Shown here one piece after another: positions 10,461 through 20,601 of a stretch of 64,000 nt of DNA. The notes beneath the pieces are model-generated. The model did no database searches. It saw only the letters and a list, made by a program, of their open reading frames with translations, and was not told the origin of the DNA. How positions within the stretch are numbered: position 1 is the stretch's first letter; each line of letters opens with the position of its first letter. The DNA comes from Oscillospiraceae bacterium. GTDB lineage: Bacteria > Bacillota > Clostridia > Oscillospirales > UBA929. The position numbers and the translations under genes were made by a program. Location: assembly GCA_031549605.1 (NCBI GenBank), contig JAVBPM010000027.1, forward strand, positions 1,338-65,337, in the 5' to 3' direction.

Positions 10461-10967
10461 ATGGCGGCACAGATCGTGAAGCGTTATGTTGAAGCGTTTC
10501 CGGCCATGCGGCTGATTGGGCGCTGTTACGGCGAGGCCGACCGTGTGGGCGGCGGCTTTGGCGCTAAATGGGGCGAGTGCTTTGCCACCGGCCATTTTGC
10601 GCCGCTGGAGGCGCTGCCCAAGCTGGCCGTTGAGGGCGATGCCTATGTCGGCGCTATGCGCGACAACAACGGCGCGTTTGAGTACTGGATTGGTGTGCTG
10701 GCACCGCAGGGTACGCCGGTGCCCGACGGATATGACAGCGCCGAGTTGGCCGCCTTTGAGGCCGTCACCTGCTATTTGTACGGCGATGAGAAAAGCGGCG
10801 AACTGTACGGCATGGCGGCGCATACGCTGTGTGTTCAAAGCACGGCCGAGCTGGGTCGCATACCCGACGCGGCGGGCTGGCGCATTGAGCGGTACAACTG
10901 CCCGCGCTTCACCGCGCCGGACGCGCAGGGCAAGGTCATTCTCGATTACAGTATCGCCGTGCAGTAG
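10461..10967 (+). CDS. GyrI-like/AraC effector-binding-domain small-molecule-binding protein
   Basis: Start moved to ATG 10461 (GGAGGA RBS). The ~168-aa product begins MAAQIVKRYVEAFPAMRLIG, typical of GyrI-like domain proteins. Family assigned from recall only. Confidence 0.5.
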   Translation: MAAQIVKRYVEAFPAMRLIGRCYGEADRVGGGFGAKWGECFATGHFAPLEALPKLAVEGDAYVGAMRDNNGAFEYWIGVLAPQGTPVPDGYDSAELAAFEAVTCYLYGDEKSGELYGMAAHTLCVQSTAELGRIPDAAGWRIERYNCPRFTAPDAQGKVILDYSIAVQ

Positions 10968-10973
10968 CAAGCT

Positions 10974-11010
10974 AAAAAAAACAGGCCGTCTGCGGTGGCA
11001 GACGGCCTGT
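10974..11010 (-). terminator. rho-independent terminator of serA
   Basis: 13-bp stem acaggccgtctgc/gcagacggcctgt, followed on the minus strand by a 7-nt T-run. Confidence 0.6.
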
Positions 11011-11026
11011 TATCTGTGACAAGCAG

Positions 11027-12190
11027 CTAGGCTTCAAGTACGCGGAGACGCAGGATGCCCTCCATCTCTGCCAGCTTGGCTGTGGCCTGCAGGTCAAAGG
11101 GTTCGCTTGAATCAAGGATGGTGAAGGCGTAGTCCTTTTTGGCTTTGTTGAGCATGTTTTCAATGTTGATGCCGTTGCTGCTGCACACGGCGATAATCGA
11201 CGACAGCATATTGGGGATGTTGCGGTGCGCGACACAGAGACGGTAGGGCGTCTCACGCGGCAGCGACACATCGGGGAAATTGACGCTGTTTTTGATGTTG
11301 CCGTTGACCAAAAACTCGCGCAGCTCGTCGGCGGCCATGACCGCGCAGTTGTCCTCGCTCTCGGGCGTCGACGCGCCGAGGTGCGGGATGGCCACAACGC
11401 CGGATTGACCCAGCAGGTGCTCGTTGGGAAAGTCGGTGACGTAACGGGCGATTTTGCCCTCGGCGAGGGCCGTCAGCACGCTGTCGTTGTCAAACAAGTC
11501 GCCGCGCGCCAGATTGATGATGCGCGGGCTGCGCGTAGTCAGATCAAGCGCTTCCTTGAGCAGCTTTTTGTTTTCGGCGTTGCTGGGGATGTGCAGCGAG
11601 ATGTAGTCGCACTCGGCAAACAGGTAGTTCTGGCTCGGCGCGCGCTTGACGGCGCGGCTGAGACCCCATGCGCCCTCGACGCTGAGGAAGGGGTCGAAGC
11701 CGTAGACCTCCATGCCCAGCGCGTAACCGGCGTTGGCCACCATCGCGCCGATGGCACCCAGACCCAGTACGCCCAGCTTTTTGCCGTACAGCTCGGGGCC
11801 GACAAACTGGCTTTTGCCCTTTTCAACGGCGGCGGCCACGCCCTCGGTACCTTGCAGCGTCTGCACCCAGGTCATACCGCCGGCGACGTCGCGCGACGCC
11901 AGCACCAGCGCGCAGATGGCCAGCTCCTTGACGGCGTTGGCGTTGGCGCCGGGTGTGTTAAAGACGACAACACCGGCTTCGCTGGCCTTGTCGACAGGTA
12001 TGTTATTGACACCGGCACCGGCGCGCGCAATGGCCTTGAGGCTGGCGTTCAGCGTGCCGCTGTGCATGTCGGCGCTGCGCACCAGCACGCCATCGGGGTC
12101 GGCGCAGTCGGTGGTGCAGGCAAAGCGGTCGGTTGGCAGTCGGTCGAGGCCAACCTGCGCGATTTTGTTCAGCAGTTGAATGTTAAACAT
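11027..12190 (-). CDS. serA: D-3-phosphoglycerate dehydrogenase
   Basis: 2-hydroxyacid dehydrogenase NAD fold GVLGLGAIG, with a C-terminal ACT-like tail. Overlaps serC as an operon. Confidence 0.85.
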   Translation of the reverse strand: MFNIQLLNKIAQVGLDRLPTDRFACTTDCADPDGVLVRSADMHSGTLNASLKAIARAGAGVNNIPVDKASEAGVVVFNTPGANANAVKELAICALVLASRDVAGGMTWVQTLQGTEGVAAAVEKGKSQFVGPELYGKKLGVLGLGAIGAMVANAGYALGMEVYGFDPFLSVEGAWGLSRAVKRAPSQNYLFAECDYISLHIPSNAENKKLLKEALDLTTRSPRIINLARGDLFDNDSVLTALAEGKIARYVTDFPNEHLLGQSGVVAIPHLGASTPESEDNCAVMAADELREFLVNGNIKNSVNFPDVSLPRETPYRLCVAHRNIPNMLSSIIAVCSSNGINIENMLNKAKKDYAFTILDSSEPFDLQATAKLAEMEGILRLRVLEA

Positions 12191-13274
12191 GGGCTACGCC
12201 TCCATTCTGCGCAGCAAAGGCGCACATAAATTGTGCCAGCGCTTCGACGCCGGCCATCGGCATGGCGTTGTAAATCGAGGCGCGGATGCCACCAACGGCA
12301 CGGTGGCCGGCCAAGTTAACCAGTCCGGCGGCGGCCGCTTCCTTGACAAACTGCTTATCCAGTTCTTCGCTGGGGCAGCGGAAGGTGATGTTCATCAGCG
12401 AACGGCTTGCTTTTTCGGCCACCGGCTTGTAGAAGCCGTTGGCGTCGATAACGCGATACAGCACATCGGCTTTTTTCTCGTTGTGCAGGCGCATGGCGGA
12501 CAGACCGCCCAGGTCGCGCACCCAGTCGAGCACCAGGCCCAGCAGATAGATGCCATAGGTGGCCGGCGTGTTGATCATCGAGTCGTTTTCGGCCTGGCCG
12601 GCGTAGTTCATGACGGTCGGTGTGTAATCTGCGGCCGTGCCCAGCAGGTCGTCGCGCACTATGACGACGGTCAGACCAGACGGGCCCATGTTTTTCTGTG
12701 CGCCGGCGTAGATAACGCCGTATTTGGAGACGTCAAGCTCGGTGCTCAAAATGCAGCTTGACATATCGCAGACGACGGGTACATTGCCCGTTTCGGGCAC
12801 ATAGTCCCAGCAGGTGCCGTAGATGGTGTTGTTGTGGCAGTAGTGGAAATAGGCGGCGTCGGCGCTGAGTGTCAGGTCACGCTGGCGGGGAATGGCGGCG
12901 TACGGCTTGGCATCGCAGGCGATGTTGACCTTGCCGTATTTCTGCGCCTCCTGCATCGCCTTTTTGCTGAACATACCCGTCACAGCGTAGTCGGCGCTGC
13001 CAGTGCGGCTCATCAGATTCATGGGCACGGCGGCAAACTGAAGCGTTGCGCCGCCCTGTAAAAAGAGCACTTTATAATTCTGAGGAATGGCCATCAGGTC
13101 GCGCAGCTTTTGCTCCACTTCCTGAAAAATGGCCAGATACATCTTTGAACGATGGCTCATTTCCATCACCGACATACCGTTCCCGCGGAAATCGAGCATC
13201 TCATCTGCTGCCTTTTGCAGCACCGGCTCCGGCAGAACGGCCGGACCCGCTGAGAAGTTGAATACACGACCCAT
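12183..13274 (-). CDS. serC: phosphoserine aminotransferase
   Basis: Start moved to ATG 13274 (MGRVFNFSAGPAVLPE, the canonical SerC N-terminus) with a GAGGAG RBS. Confidence 0.9.
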   Translation of the reverse strand: MGRVFNFSAGPAVLPEPVLQKAADEMLDFRGNGMSVMEMSHRSKMYLAIFQEVEQKLRDLMAIPQNYKVLFLQGGATLQFAAVPMNLMSRTGSADYAVTGMFSKKAMQEAQKYGKVNIACDAKPYAAIPRQRDLTLSADAAYFHYCHNNTIYGTCWDYVPETGNVPVVCDMSSCILSTELDVSKYGVIYAGAQKNMGPSGLTVVIVRDDLLGTAADYTPTVMNYAGQAENDSMINTPATYGIYLLGLVLDWVRDLGGLSAMRLHNEKKADVLYRVIDANGFYKPVAEKASRSLMNITFRCPSEELDKQFVKEAAAAGLVNLAGHRAVGGIRASIYNAMPMAGVEALAQFMCAFAAQNGGVAHV

Positions 13275-13410
13275 TGCTGTCACGCTCCTCTTTCTTGTAT
13301 TGGTATCCATTATAAGGAATGGCGCTCCGTCCGTCAAACAAAAGCGGTGGGTAAAAGCACCAAAACAGCGGGCATTTTAACAGGCATTTCAAGCGTTTTG
13401 TCTGGCGAGA

Positions 13411-13454
13411 TACAAAAAGCGCCGGGACCGTTTGAGGTTCGGTCCCGGCGCTTT
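13411..13454 (-). terminator. rho-independent terminator of the small basic protein gene
   Basis: 15-bp stem aaagcgccgggaccg/cggtcccggcgcttt, followed on the minus strand by TTTTTGT. Confidence 0.55.
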
Positions 13455-13455
13455 G

Positions 13456-13611
13456 CTAAGCCAGCGGCTCGGTGCGCTTTTTGCCCGACTTTTTGCTGTG
13501 CGGCAGCTCGGGCACCGGCGGCAGCTCGTTTTTGGGAATGTGCAGCTTTTGATTGCTCTCGGTGCCGTGCGGTTGTTTGGGGTCGGGCCGTCTCATACCG
13601 GCTTTGGCCAT
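13456..13611 (-). CDS. small basic hypothetical protein (51 aa)
   Basis: ATG 13611 lies 6 nt after GAGGTG, and the gene has its own strong terminator. Product: MAKAGMRRPDPKQPHGTESNQKLHIPKNELPPVPELPHSKKSGKKRTEPLA. Confidence 0.4.
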   Translation of the reverse strand: MAKAGMRRPDPKQPHGTESNQKLHIPKNELPPVPELPHSKKSGKKRTEPLA

Positions 13612-13717
13612 GTTCATCACCTCGGGGTTAGTCTGTCCGCCACAGCGCTTTCTTATTGCCAAGTACGGCGACTTGTGGCATGATGGACGTCAAACGACAA
13701 TGAACGGAGGCGGTCGC

Positions 13718-15784
13718 ATGGACGAGCAGCTGCGGCATGAGCAGGCGGTGCTGGACGCTACGCTGGTGAAGGTTGCGCATAATTTGGAACTGCTGACTCA
13801 GGATGAGCAGTCGCTGGCGGCCGATATTCAAAAGTTTTACGAGTCCTACCACGCCGGCGATGTGGAAAACACCAGCGACCTCTATGTCGCGCTGGACAAG
13901 CAGCGGTTGCTCGACGCGGCGCTGGCCGCCAACCGCGCGGCGCAGAGCAAGGCCTATTTCGGTAAGATAGACTACACCTCGCCGGAGCGTGACGAGCAGC
14001 TGTACATCGGCAAAAAGGGCGTGGCCGACCAGACGCGCCGTCCCGAGCAGCTGATTATCGACTGGCGCGCGCCGGTGTCGCAGCTCTATTACAGTGCCAC
14101 TACCGGAGCGGCCAGCTACACGGCGCCGCAGGGCGAAATCGGCGTCGATATCACGGCCAAGGCGACGCTGGAGGTGTCGGGCGACAAGGTCAACGCCGTC
14201 TACGACAGCCAGGTCGTGACCAACGACGCGCTGCTGGTGCAGTATTTGAGCAAGACCAAGGACGTGGTGCTCAATGAAATTGTCGCCACCATCCAAAAGG
14301 AGCAGAATGACATCATTCGCATCGCGCCGTGGAAGAATGTGCTGGTGCAGGGTGTGGCCGGCTCGGGCAAGACGACGGTGGCCATGCACCGCATCTCGTA
14401 CCTGCTGTATAACTACGCCAACCGGCTGACCTTTGCCAACATTTATGTCGTGGCATCGAGCAAGCTGTTTCTCAACTACATCACGGCCATGCTGCCCGAT
14501 CTCGACGTGCCCGAGGTGCCGCAGGGCACGCTGGCCGAGCTGCTGACGGCGCTGGTACAGCAGGCCGACAAGCGGATTAAACTAAAAACGGCGGTCTGGG
14601 CGCTGACACACGAGCAGCAGCAGGACGCCTGCGACAGCATCAAAAGCCGCGTGGCGGCCATCGAGCAGACAGTTTTTCCGCACAGCGCCGTGTCGTTGTT
14701 TGGTGTGACGCTGCTGCGGCCGGATGACATTGCCATTACGCAGCGGCGTGGCCGCAGCTTGTCGCAGCGCGCGGCGTTACTCGACCAGCGTGTCGACGAG
14801 GCCATTGAGCAGCGCAAGGGACAGATTATCGACGCGATTGTGGCCCGCCGCAACGACGCCGAGACGGTGGCGCTGGCACGGCAGCTGTTTGGGCTCAAGG
14901 GTGAGCAGGTGTGGGAGGTCGACTTGCAGAGCAGCTTCCGCAAGTGCCAGAACGCCTGTAAGCGCTGGTTTGGCAGACAGCTCAAGGCGTTTAAGGCCAG
15001 AGAGTTGGTCGATGATGTACTGCTGGCGGTCGCTCCCGACTGCGTGGGCCAGCCGCCCGACCTCGCCGTCATGGCGCTGACGGCGCTGGCCGCCGACCTG
15101 CTGGTTAAATCGCCGCTGGCCTCAACGGTCAAGCACATTGTCATTGACGAGGCGCAGGACTTTCCGCCACTGGTTTACCGCGTGCTGCGCTCGATTTTTT
15201 CCGACGCCACCTTTACCATTGTCGGCGATGTCTGCCAGAACATCAGCGCCGACGGGCTGGACAGCTGGCAGCCACTGACCGACGACATCTTTGCCGACAA
15301 CGTCGACTTTGCCAAGCTGGTCAAAAGCTACCGCAATACCATTGAAATCAGCAGCTTCGCCAACGCGCTGGCGGCGCCTTTTTTCGGCGGCGATTTTTTG
15401 GTCGAGCCGGTGGTGCGTCACGGCGCACCGGTTGGCGTCTACCCAAACGCCGACAAGGACAAGGCGCTGCGCCGGTTGCTGTCGCAGCTGGAGGAGCGGG
15501 CTTACCAGCTGTGCGCTGTCATCTGCAAGGAGCCGGACGAAGCGGCGCGGCTGGCAAAAAAGCTGGGGTTGACCCTGCTGGCCGGGGGCAGCGGCAGTCT
15601 CAGCCAAGGCACCTGCGTCGCGGCGCTAAAGGACACCAAGGGGTTGGAGTTTGACGCCGTCGTGCTGTACGACTTCGATGCGTACGATTTGTGTGAAGCC
15701 AGCGGCGACGCCAAGCGGCTGTACGTCGCCATGACGCGCGCGTTGCACGAGCTGCACCTGTTCAGCGACCGCGCCTTGCCGTAA
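13718..15784 (+). CDS. UvrD/HelD-like superfamily 1 helicase
   Basis: Start moved to ATG 13718 (GGAGG 7 nt upstream). Walker A GVAGSGKTTVAMHR, Walker B IVIDEAQDF, and a C-terminal LYVAMTRA motif. Confidence 0.75.
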   Translation: MDEQLRHEQAVLDATLVKVAHNLELLTQDEQSLAADIQKFYESYHAGDVENTSDLYVALDKQRLLDAALAANRAAQSKAYFGKIDYTSPERDEQLYIGKKGVADQTRRPEQLIIDWRAPVSQLYYSATTGAASYTAPQGEIGVDITAKATLEVSGDKVNAVYDSQVVTNDALLVQYLSKTKDVVLNEIVATIQKEQNDIIRIAPWKNVLVQGVAGSGKTTVAMHRISYLLYNYANRLTFANIYVVASSKLFLNYITAMLPDLDVPEVPQGTLAELLTALVQQADKRIKLKTAVWALTHEQQQDACDSIKSRVAAIEQTVFPHSAVSLFGVTLLRPDDIAITQRRGRSLSQRAALLDQRVDEAIEQRKGQIIDAIVARRNDAETVALARQLFGLKGEQVWEVDLQSSFRKCQNACKRWFGRQLKAFKARELVDDVLLAVAPDCVGQPPDLAVMALTALAADLLVKSPLASTVKHIVIDEAQDFPPLVYRVLRSIFSDATFTIVGDVCQNISADGLDSWQPLTDDIFADNVDFAKLVKSYRNTIEISSFANALAAPFFGGDFLVEPVVRHGAPVGVYPNADKDKALRRLLSQLEERAYQLCAVICKEPDEAARLAKKLGLTLLAGGSGSLSQGTCVAALKDTKGLEFDAVVLYDFDAYDLCEASGDAKRLYVAMTRALHELHLFSDRALP

Positions 15785-15831
15785 GAGGCGGTCGGTGGTA
15801 TACTCAAGCTACGACAACGAACGGAGGCACT

Positions 15832-17004
15832 ATGAAATACTTGACCCGAGTCGCACTACTGCTGTCGCTGACCGTTGGACTGACGGCGTGCGGACAGCCG
15901 CAGGCGGCGATGACCCAACCGACGGCCACTGCGGCGCTTGTCACAATCGCGCCGACAACGCCGTCAGCCACAAAGGCGCCGCCGACGGCACCGGCAACCG
16001 CTACGCCGACGCCGGTCGTCGACCGCAGCGTCTCGCTCTCCTTTGTGGGTGACTGCACCTTTGGCAGCATTAACGACACCGACAGTTCGCGCGGCTTTCC
16101 GGCACTCTACAAGGCCGCAGGCAGCTTGACCTATCCCTTCGATTTGGTTAAGCGCTATTTTGAAAGCGACGATTTGACAGTAATCAATTTTGAGGGCACG
16201 CTGACAACGGCCAGCCAGCTGGCCGACAAAGAGTTTCATTTTCGCGGCGACGCCGCCTATGCCCAGATACTGCCTGCCGCATCGGTGGAAGTGGCGCTGC
16301 TGTCCAACAACCATGCCCACGATTATCTGGAGCCCGGCTTTGCCGACACGCTGGCGGCCATGGACGCCGCCGGAGCGCCCGTTGTCTATCAGGACAAGCC
16401 GCTCGTCACGACTATTAACGGCGTGCAGGTGGTGGTCATCGGCGACTGCTCGGTCGTCGGTGAGAACACACCGGCCACAGAGGGCGTGGCCGAGCGCGTG
16501 ACGGCGCTGGTGCAGCGCTATCAAGCGCCCGACACCCTTGTCATTGTCGATATGCACTGGGGTTCGGAGGGCGACGCCGCGCCGACAGCGTGGCAGCAAG
16601 CGTCGGCACGCGCATGGATTGACGCCGGCGCCGACCTCGTGGTTGGCCAGCACGCGCACAACGTGCAGGGAATTGAAACCTACAACGGCAAGTACATCCT
16701 TTACAGTCTCGGCAACTTTGCCTTTGGCGGCAACGGGCTGGCTTTTTCCAAAGACAGCTTGATTGCCAACGTCGTGTTTACGCTGACGGCCGACGGTTCG
16801 CGCCGCGCGCAGCTGGCGGTGGTGCCCTGCTATATCACCTCGACCGACCAAAAGAACGAGCGCGGCGTGCTGTACAACAACTACCAACCGCTACCGCTGA
16901 CCGGCGAGGCCGCGACCGCGACGCTACAGCTGCTACTCGATCGCAGCAAGGTGCTGCAAAACGGCGTCACCGAGCTGACCGTGTGGTCACCCGAGACGCC
17001 ATGA
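15832..17004 (+). CDS. CapA-family (PGA_cap) metallophosphatase-like lipoprotein
   Basis: Lipobox LTACGQ. CapA-type motifs FVGDCTFG, NNHAHDY, MHWGSE and GQHAHNVQG. Confidence 0.75.
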   Translation: MKYLTRVALLLSLTVGLTACGQPQAAMTQPTATAALVTIAPTTPSATKAPPTAPATATPTPVVDRSVSLSFVGDCTFGSINDTDSSRGFPALYKAAGSLTYPFDLVKRYFESDDLTVINFEGTLTTASQLADKEFHFRGDAAYAQILPAASVEVALLSNNHAHDYLEPGFADTLAAMDAAGAPVVYQDKPLVTTINGVQVVVIGDCSVVGENTPATEGVAERVTALVQRYQAPDTLVIVDMHWGSEGDAAPTAWQQASARAWIDAGADLVVGQHAHNVQGIETYNGKYILYSLGNFAFGGNGLAFSKDSLIANVVFTLTADGSRRAQLAVVPCYITSTDQKNERGVLYNNYQPLPLTGEAATATLQLLLDRSKVLQNGVTELTVWSPETP

Positions 17005-17375
17005 TTACCATTGATCAAGCTGAGGTCATGCTCGACGAGCTGGCCAACGAGCTGCCGCCCGATTTTTTTGTCGGGCTGAACGGCGGCATTTGTCTGCTGC
17101 CCGAAATAAAAAGACACCCCGAGTCGGTCGGCGACAACCTCTACATCTTAGGGCAGTATCACCGAGACGCCATGGGGCGCTATATTACCATTTTTTTCGG
17201 TTCCTTTGAGGTGCTGTACGGCCGGCTGCCGCCGGCGCAGTTCAAGGAGCGGCTGCGCAAGACGCTGCTGCACGAATTTACGCACCACATGGAGTACCGC
17301 GCCGGACTGCGCGGCCTTGAGGTCAAGGACGAGCAACAGCTGGCCGAATACCAGCGCCGACAGCGGCGCGATTAA
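17001..17375 (+). CDS. small metallopeptidase-family protein (DUF1025-like)
   Basis: The ATG overlaps the capA stop (ATGA). HExxH in LLHEFTHHM, and the typical GLNGG...LYILGQYHRD pattern. Confidence 0.65.
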   Translation: MITIDQAEVMLDELANELPPDFFVGLNGGICLLPEIKRHPESVGDNLYILGQYHRDAMGRYITIFFGSFEVLYGRLPPAQFKERLRKTLLHEFTHHMEYRAGLRGLEVKDEQQLAEYQRRQRRD

Positions 17376-18328
17376 AATTCGTTTTTCAGGCTGCGGGTGA
17401 ACAGCGTTGTCAGCGCCGCCTGCGCATCAACGGCGCGATAAAGCACGTCGTAGACGGCCTGGCAGATGGGCAGCTCCACGTCACAGCGCTGCGCCAGCTT
17501 GATGAAGGCGGGCACGGAATTATAGCCCTCGGCCAACTGGTCGTAGGGCTTATTTTGGATAAAACACTCGCCAAAGTGACGGTTATGGCTGTACGGCGAA
17601 AACAGCGTCGCCTCGTAGTCGCCGAGGTGACACAGACCGTAGGCCGAACGCTCGTCACCACCCATGGCGCCGGTCAGACGCGAGATTTCACGCGCGCCGC
17701 GCGCCATCAGCGCGCCTTTTAGGCTGCCGCGCCCGGAGCCGTCCAGCATACCGGCGGCAATGCCGATGACATTTTTGGCAGCCGCACCCACCTCGTTGCC
17801 GATGAGGTCGTTGCCGTAATACAGGCGAATCAGTTGGCTGGAAAACTGCGATACCAGCTGACTTTTCAGCGCGTCGTTGTCACTGTCAATGACCATGCAG
17901 TTGGGCACGCCGGCGGCAAAATCCTGCGGGTGACCCGGACCCAGCCAAACGGCCACCGGCCAGTCACCGCCCAGACATTCGGCGGCCACTTGGCTCAAGC
18001 GCAGGCAGCTCTGCGTTTCCAGGCCCTTCATGCACAGCACAAAAGGAAGCCGAGGCCGCTGCTCGCTTGTCCACTGTGCCAGCACTTGGCGCAGCGACTG
18101 CGCCGCCACACTGACCAATACGACGTCGCAGCTATCCAAATCGGACATCCGATCGGTCAGCGATACGGTGCGCGGCAGCCGAATGGTGTCGTTCTCGTAT
18201 TGTTGGCGCAGCGCTGCTAACCGCGCCGAGCCGGGCCGGCCCCACAGCACGACCTCGTGGCCTACCCGAACGGCGTACCACGCCAAAAAGGTCGCCCAGC
18301 GACCGCAGCCAAGCACGCCGACGCGCAT
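17372..18328 (-). CDS. gpsA: NAD(P)H-dependent glycerol-3-phosphate dehydrogenase
   Basis: Start moved to ATG 18328 (MRVGVLGCGRWATFLA Rossmann N-terminus). GpsA-like AAKNVIGIAAG motif. Confidence 0.85.
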   Translation of the reverse strand: MRVGVLGCGRWATFLAWYAVRVGHEVVLWGRPGSARLAALRQQYENDTIRLPRTVSLTDRMSDLDSCDVVLVSVAAQSLRQVLAQWTSEQRPRLPFVLCMKGLETQSCLRLSQVAAECLGGDWPVAVWLGPGHPQDFAAGVPNCMVIDSDNDALKSQLVSQFSSQLIRLYYGNDLIGNEVGAAAKNVIGIAAGMLDGSGRGSLKGALMARGAREISRLTGAMGGDERSAYGLCHLGDYEATLFSPYSHNRHFGECFIQNKPYDQLAEGYNSVPAFIKLAQRCDVELPICQAVYDVLYRAVDAQAALTTLFTRSLKNEF

Positions 18329-18422
18329 CAGTGCCACTCCCTTCAAACGGGCGCAAGCCCGTAGTTGACAATTTTGGATGTTATTATAACATGACTTTTC
18401 CGGCAAGTCCAGCATTGACATC

Positions 18423-18451
18423 TTGTCATATACGGTCGAACACATTATAAT
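18423..18451 (+). promoter_or_regulatory. sigma-A-like promoter
   Basis: TTGTCA-17 nt-TATAAT, 31 nt upstream of the 18482 start. Confidence 0.4.
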
Positions 18452-18481
18452 ACAGCCACAACCAAAAGAGGGGGTGGCCGC

Positions 18482-19996
18482 ATGGTAGCGAAGATTAAGA
18501 CGCTGGGCGTGCAGGGCATTTATGGGTATCAAATTGACGTCGAGTGCCTAGTGACCGGCGGACTGCCCAATTTTGACATCGTCGGGTTGCCCGACGCCGC
18601 TGTCAAGGAGTCGCGCGAGCGCGTCCGCGCCGCCGTGCGCTGCTGCGGCTACGAATTTCCGGCGCGACGTATTGTTATGAATTTAGCGCCCGCCGACACC
18701 AAAAAGGTGGGCTCGCTGTACGATTTGCCTATGCTGCTGAGTTTGTTGCAGGCGATGGATATTGTGCCACTGCTGCCCGACAACGTCTACTTCCTTGGCG
18801 AGCTGTCGCTGGAGGGTGCGTTGCGCGGCGGGCCGGGCGTGCTGCCCATGGCGCTGGCATGTCCCAAGGACGCCGTTGTCTTCGTGCCGGCCGTTAATGC
18901 CGCCGAGGCAGCGTTGTGTGAGCATATTACCGTCATCGCTGCCGAGCACGCCAAGCAAATTATCGCCCATCTCAACCATGAGACGCAGTTGCCTGTTGTG
19001 ACGCCGGCCGCCGACGCCGAGCTGCCGGTCGAGCTGCTACCCGACTTCGCCGACGTGCGTGGGCAGGAGGCCGCCAAGCGGGCGATGGAAATCGCCGCCG
19101 CCGGCGGACACAGCATTTTACTGGAGGGCCCGCCCGGTTCGGGCAAGTCGATGCTGAGTACGCGACTGCCCTCCATTCTGCCGCCGCTCAGCTATGGTGA
19201 ATCGCTGGAGGTAACCGCCATTTACTCGGTGGCCGGTCAGCTGACCAACGGCAATCCCATTTTGCGCCGTCGACCCTTCCGCTCGCCGCACCACACCAGC
19301 AGCGATGTCAGCCTGGTTGGCGGCGGCACCTATCCCAAACCGGGTGAGGTGTCCTTGGCGCATCACGGCGTATTGTTTTTAGACGAGCTGCCCGAATTTT
19401 CGCGCGCGGCGCTGGAGGTGCTGCGCCAACCGTGGGAAAGCGGCGTGGCGCACATCAGCCGTGTCAGCGGCTCGCTCAGCTACCCCTGTCGATTTATGCT
19501 GGTGGCCGCCATGAACCCCTGTCCTTGCGGTTTTTTTGGCTTTCACGGCCATGACTGCACTTGCACCACCAATCGTGTGCAACAGTACCGTAGCCGCATC
19601 TCCGGCCCGTTGCTCGACCGTCTTGACCTGCGCGTGCCTGTGCCGCCGGTTAAGTTCGACGAAATCAGTCAGGCGACACCGGCCGAGCCGTCGGCGGCGG
19701 TACGGCAACGCGTTATTGCGGCGCGCGAGCGGCAAAAGGCGCGCTTTGGCGGTCAGGATGACACCAACGCGCACCTCGACGGCCAGCTGCTGCGCGAGAC
19801 CTGCGCGCTTGACGATCGCGGCTCGGCGCTGCTGCGCAACGCCTTTGAAAAATTTCATATGTCGGGCCGGTCGCACGCCCGCGTGCTGCGCGTGGCGCGC
19901 ACCATTGCCGATTTGGCGGGTGCTGAGGTCATTTCGCCGCTGCACTTATCGGAGGCGCTTCAGTATCGCGGTTGGAGCGAGGAGCCGGCGCAATAG
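18482..19996 (+). CDS. YifB/ComM-family Mg-chelatase-like AAA ATPase
   Basis: 504 aa. Walker A GPPGSGKS, Walker B VLFLDELPEF, and a C-terminal ChlI-like domain. Confidence 0.9.
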   Translation: MVAKIKTLGVQGIYGYQIDVECLVTGGLPNFDIVGLPDAAVKESRERVRAAVRCCGYEFPARRIVMNLAPADTKKVGSLYDLPMLLSLLQAMDIVPLLPDNVYFLGELSLEGALRGGPGVLPMALACPKDAVVFVPAVNAAEAALCEHITVIAAEHAKQIIAHLNHETQLPVVTPAADAELPVELLPDFADVRGQEAAKRAMEIAAAGGHSILLEGPPGSGKSMLSTRLPSILPPLSYGESLEVTAIYSVAGQLTNGNPILRRRPFRSPHHTSSDVSLVGGGTYPKPGEVSLAHHGVLFLDELPEFSRAALEVLRQPWESGVAHISRVSGSLSYPCRFMLVAAMNPCPCGFFGFHGHDCTCTTNRVQQYRSRISGPLLDRLDLRVPVPPVKFDEISQATPAEPSAAVRQRVIAARERQKARFGGQDDTNAHLDGQLLRETCALDDRGSALLRNAFEKFHMSGRSHARVLRVARTIADLAGAEVISPLHLSEALQYRGWSEEPAQ

Positions 19997-20107
19997 CCTG
20001 CTATCGGAATATAATTTACGCAAGCCATTGTCCTCGTCTATAGGGTGTGATACACTGGCAGTGGCAGGACTGCTGCTGCAACCGGAAAGGAGCTAGAAGA
20101 AGCTATT

Positions 20108-20479
20108 ATGAAAAAGTTTTTATTGTGTGCCCACTGCAAGAATTTGGTCGGCGTTATCAACGACAGCGGAGTCGACATCCTTTGCTGTGGCCAGCCCATG
20201 ACGCTGTTGACGCCCAACACAACCGATGCCGCGCAGGAAAAGCACGTGCCGGCGCTGACCCGCGACGGCAATTGCCTGACCGTTACGGTCGGGTCGGTCA
20301 CTCATCCCATGACGCCCGAGCATTTTATCGACTGGATTGCCGTTGAGCAGGGCGCCACCATGCAGCGCGTGAGGCTCGACGTTGCCGGCGCGCCGACCGC
20401 CACCTTTACCGTGGCCGACGGCCCACTGACTGTCTACGCCTACTGCAATCTGCACGGGCTCTGGAGCGCACAGGGCTAA
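20108..20479 (+). CDS. desulfoferrodoxin (superoxide reductase)
   Basis: N-terminal desulforedoxin CxxC...CC motif (CAHCKN...LCCG). SOR centre II residues EKHVP, HPM..EH and CNLHG. Confidence 0.85.
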   Translation: MKKFLLCAHCKNLVGVINDSGVDILCCGQPMTLLTPNTTDAAQEKHVPALTRDGNCLTVTVGSVTHPMTPEHFIDWIAVEQGATMQRVRLDVAGAPTATFTVADGPLTVYAYCNLHGLWSAQG

Positions 20480-20490
20480 GGTTTTCTCGT

Positions 20491-20524
20491 AAAAGCCGGT
20501 CGGCACACGCCGACCGGCTTTTCT
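20491..20524 (+). terminator. rho-independent terminator
   Basis: 14-bp stem aaaagccggtcggc/gccgaccggctttt running into a T-tract. Confidence 0.65.
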
Positions 20525-20601
20525 GTCTGCCTTTTGCTCTTGACGCTGCGGCTTGTCTTGTCTATACTGTTTATGTTAACCTCGAGTCAGGAGGCGTGCT
20601 T

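Noticed and set aside
11225-12229. 334-aa plus-strand ORF
   Set aside because: Antisense to serA. Shadow ORF.
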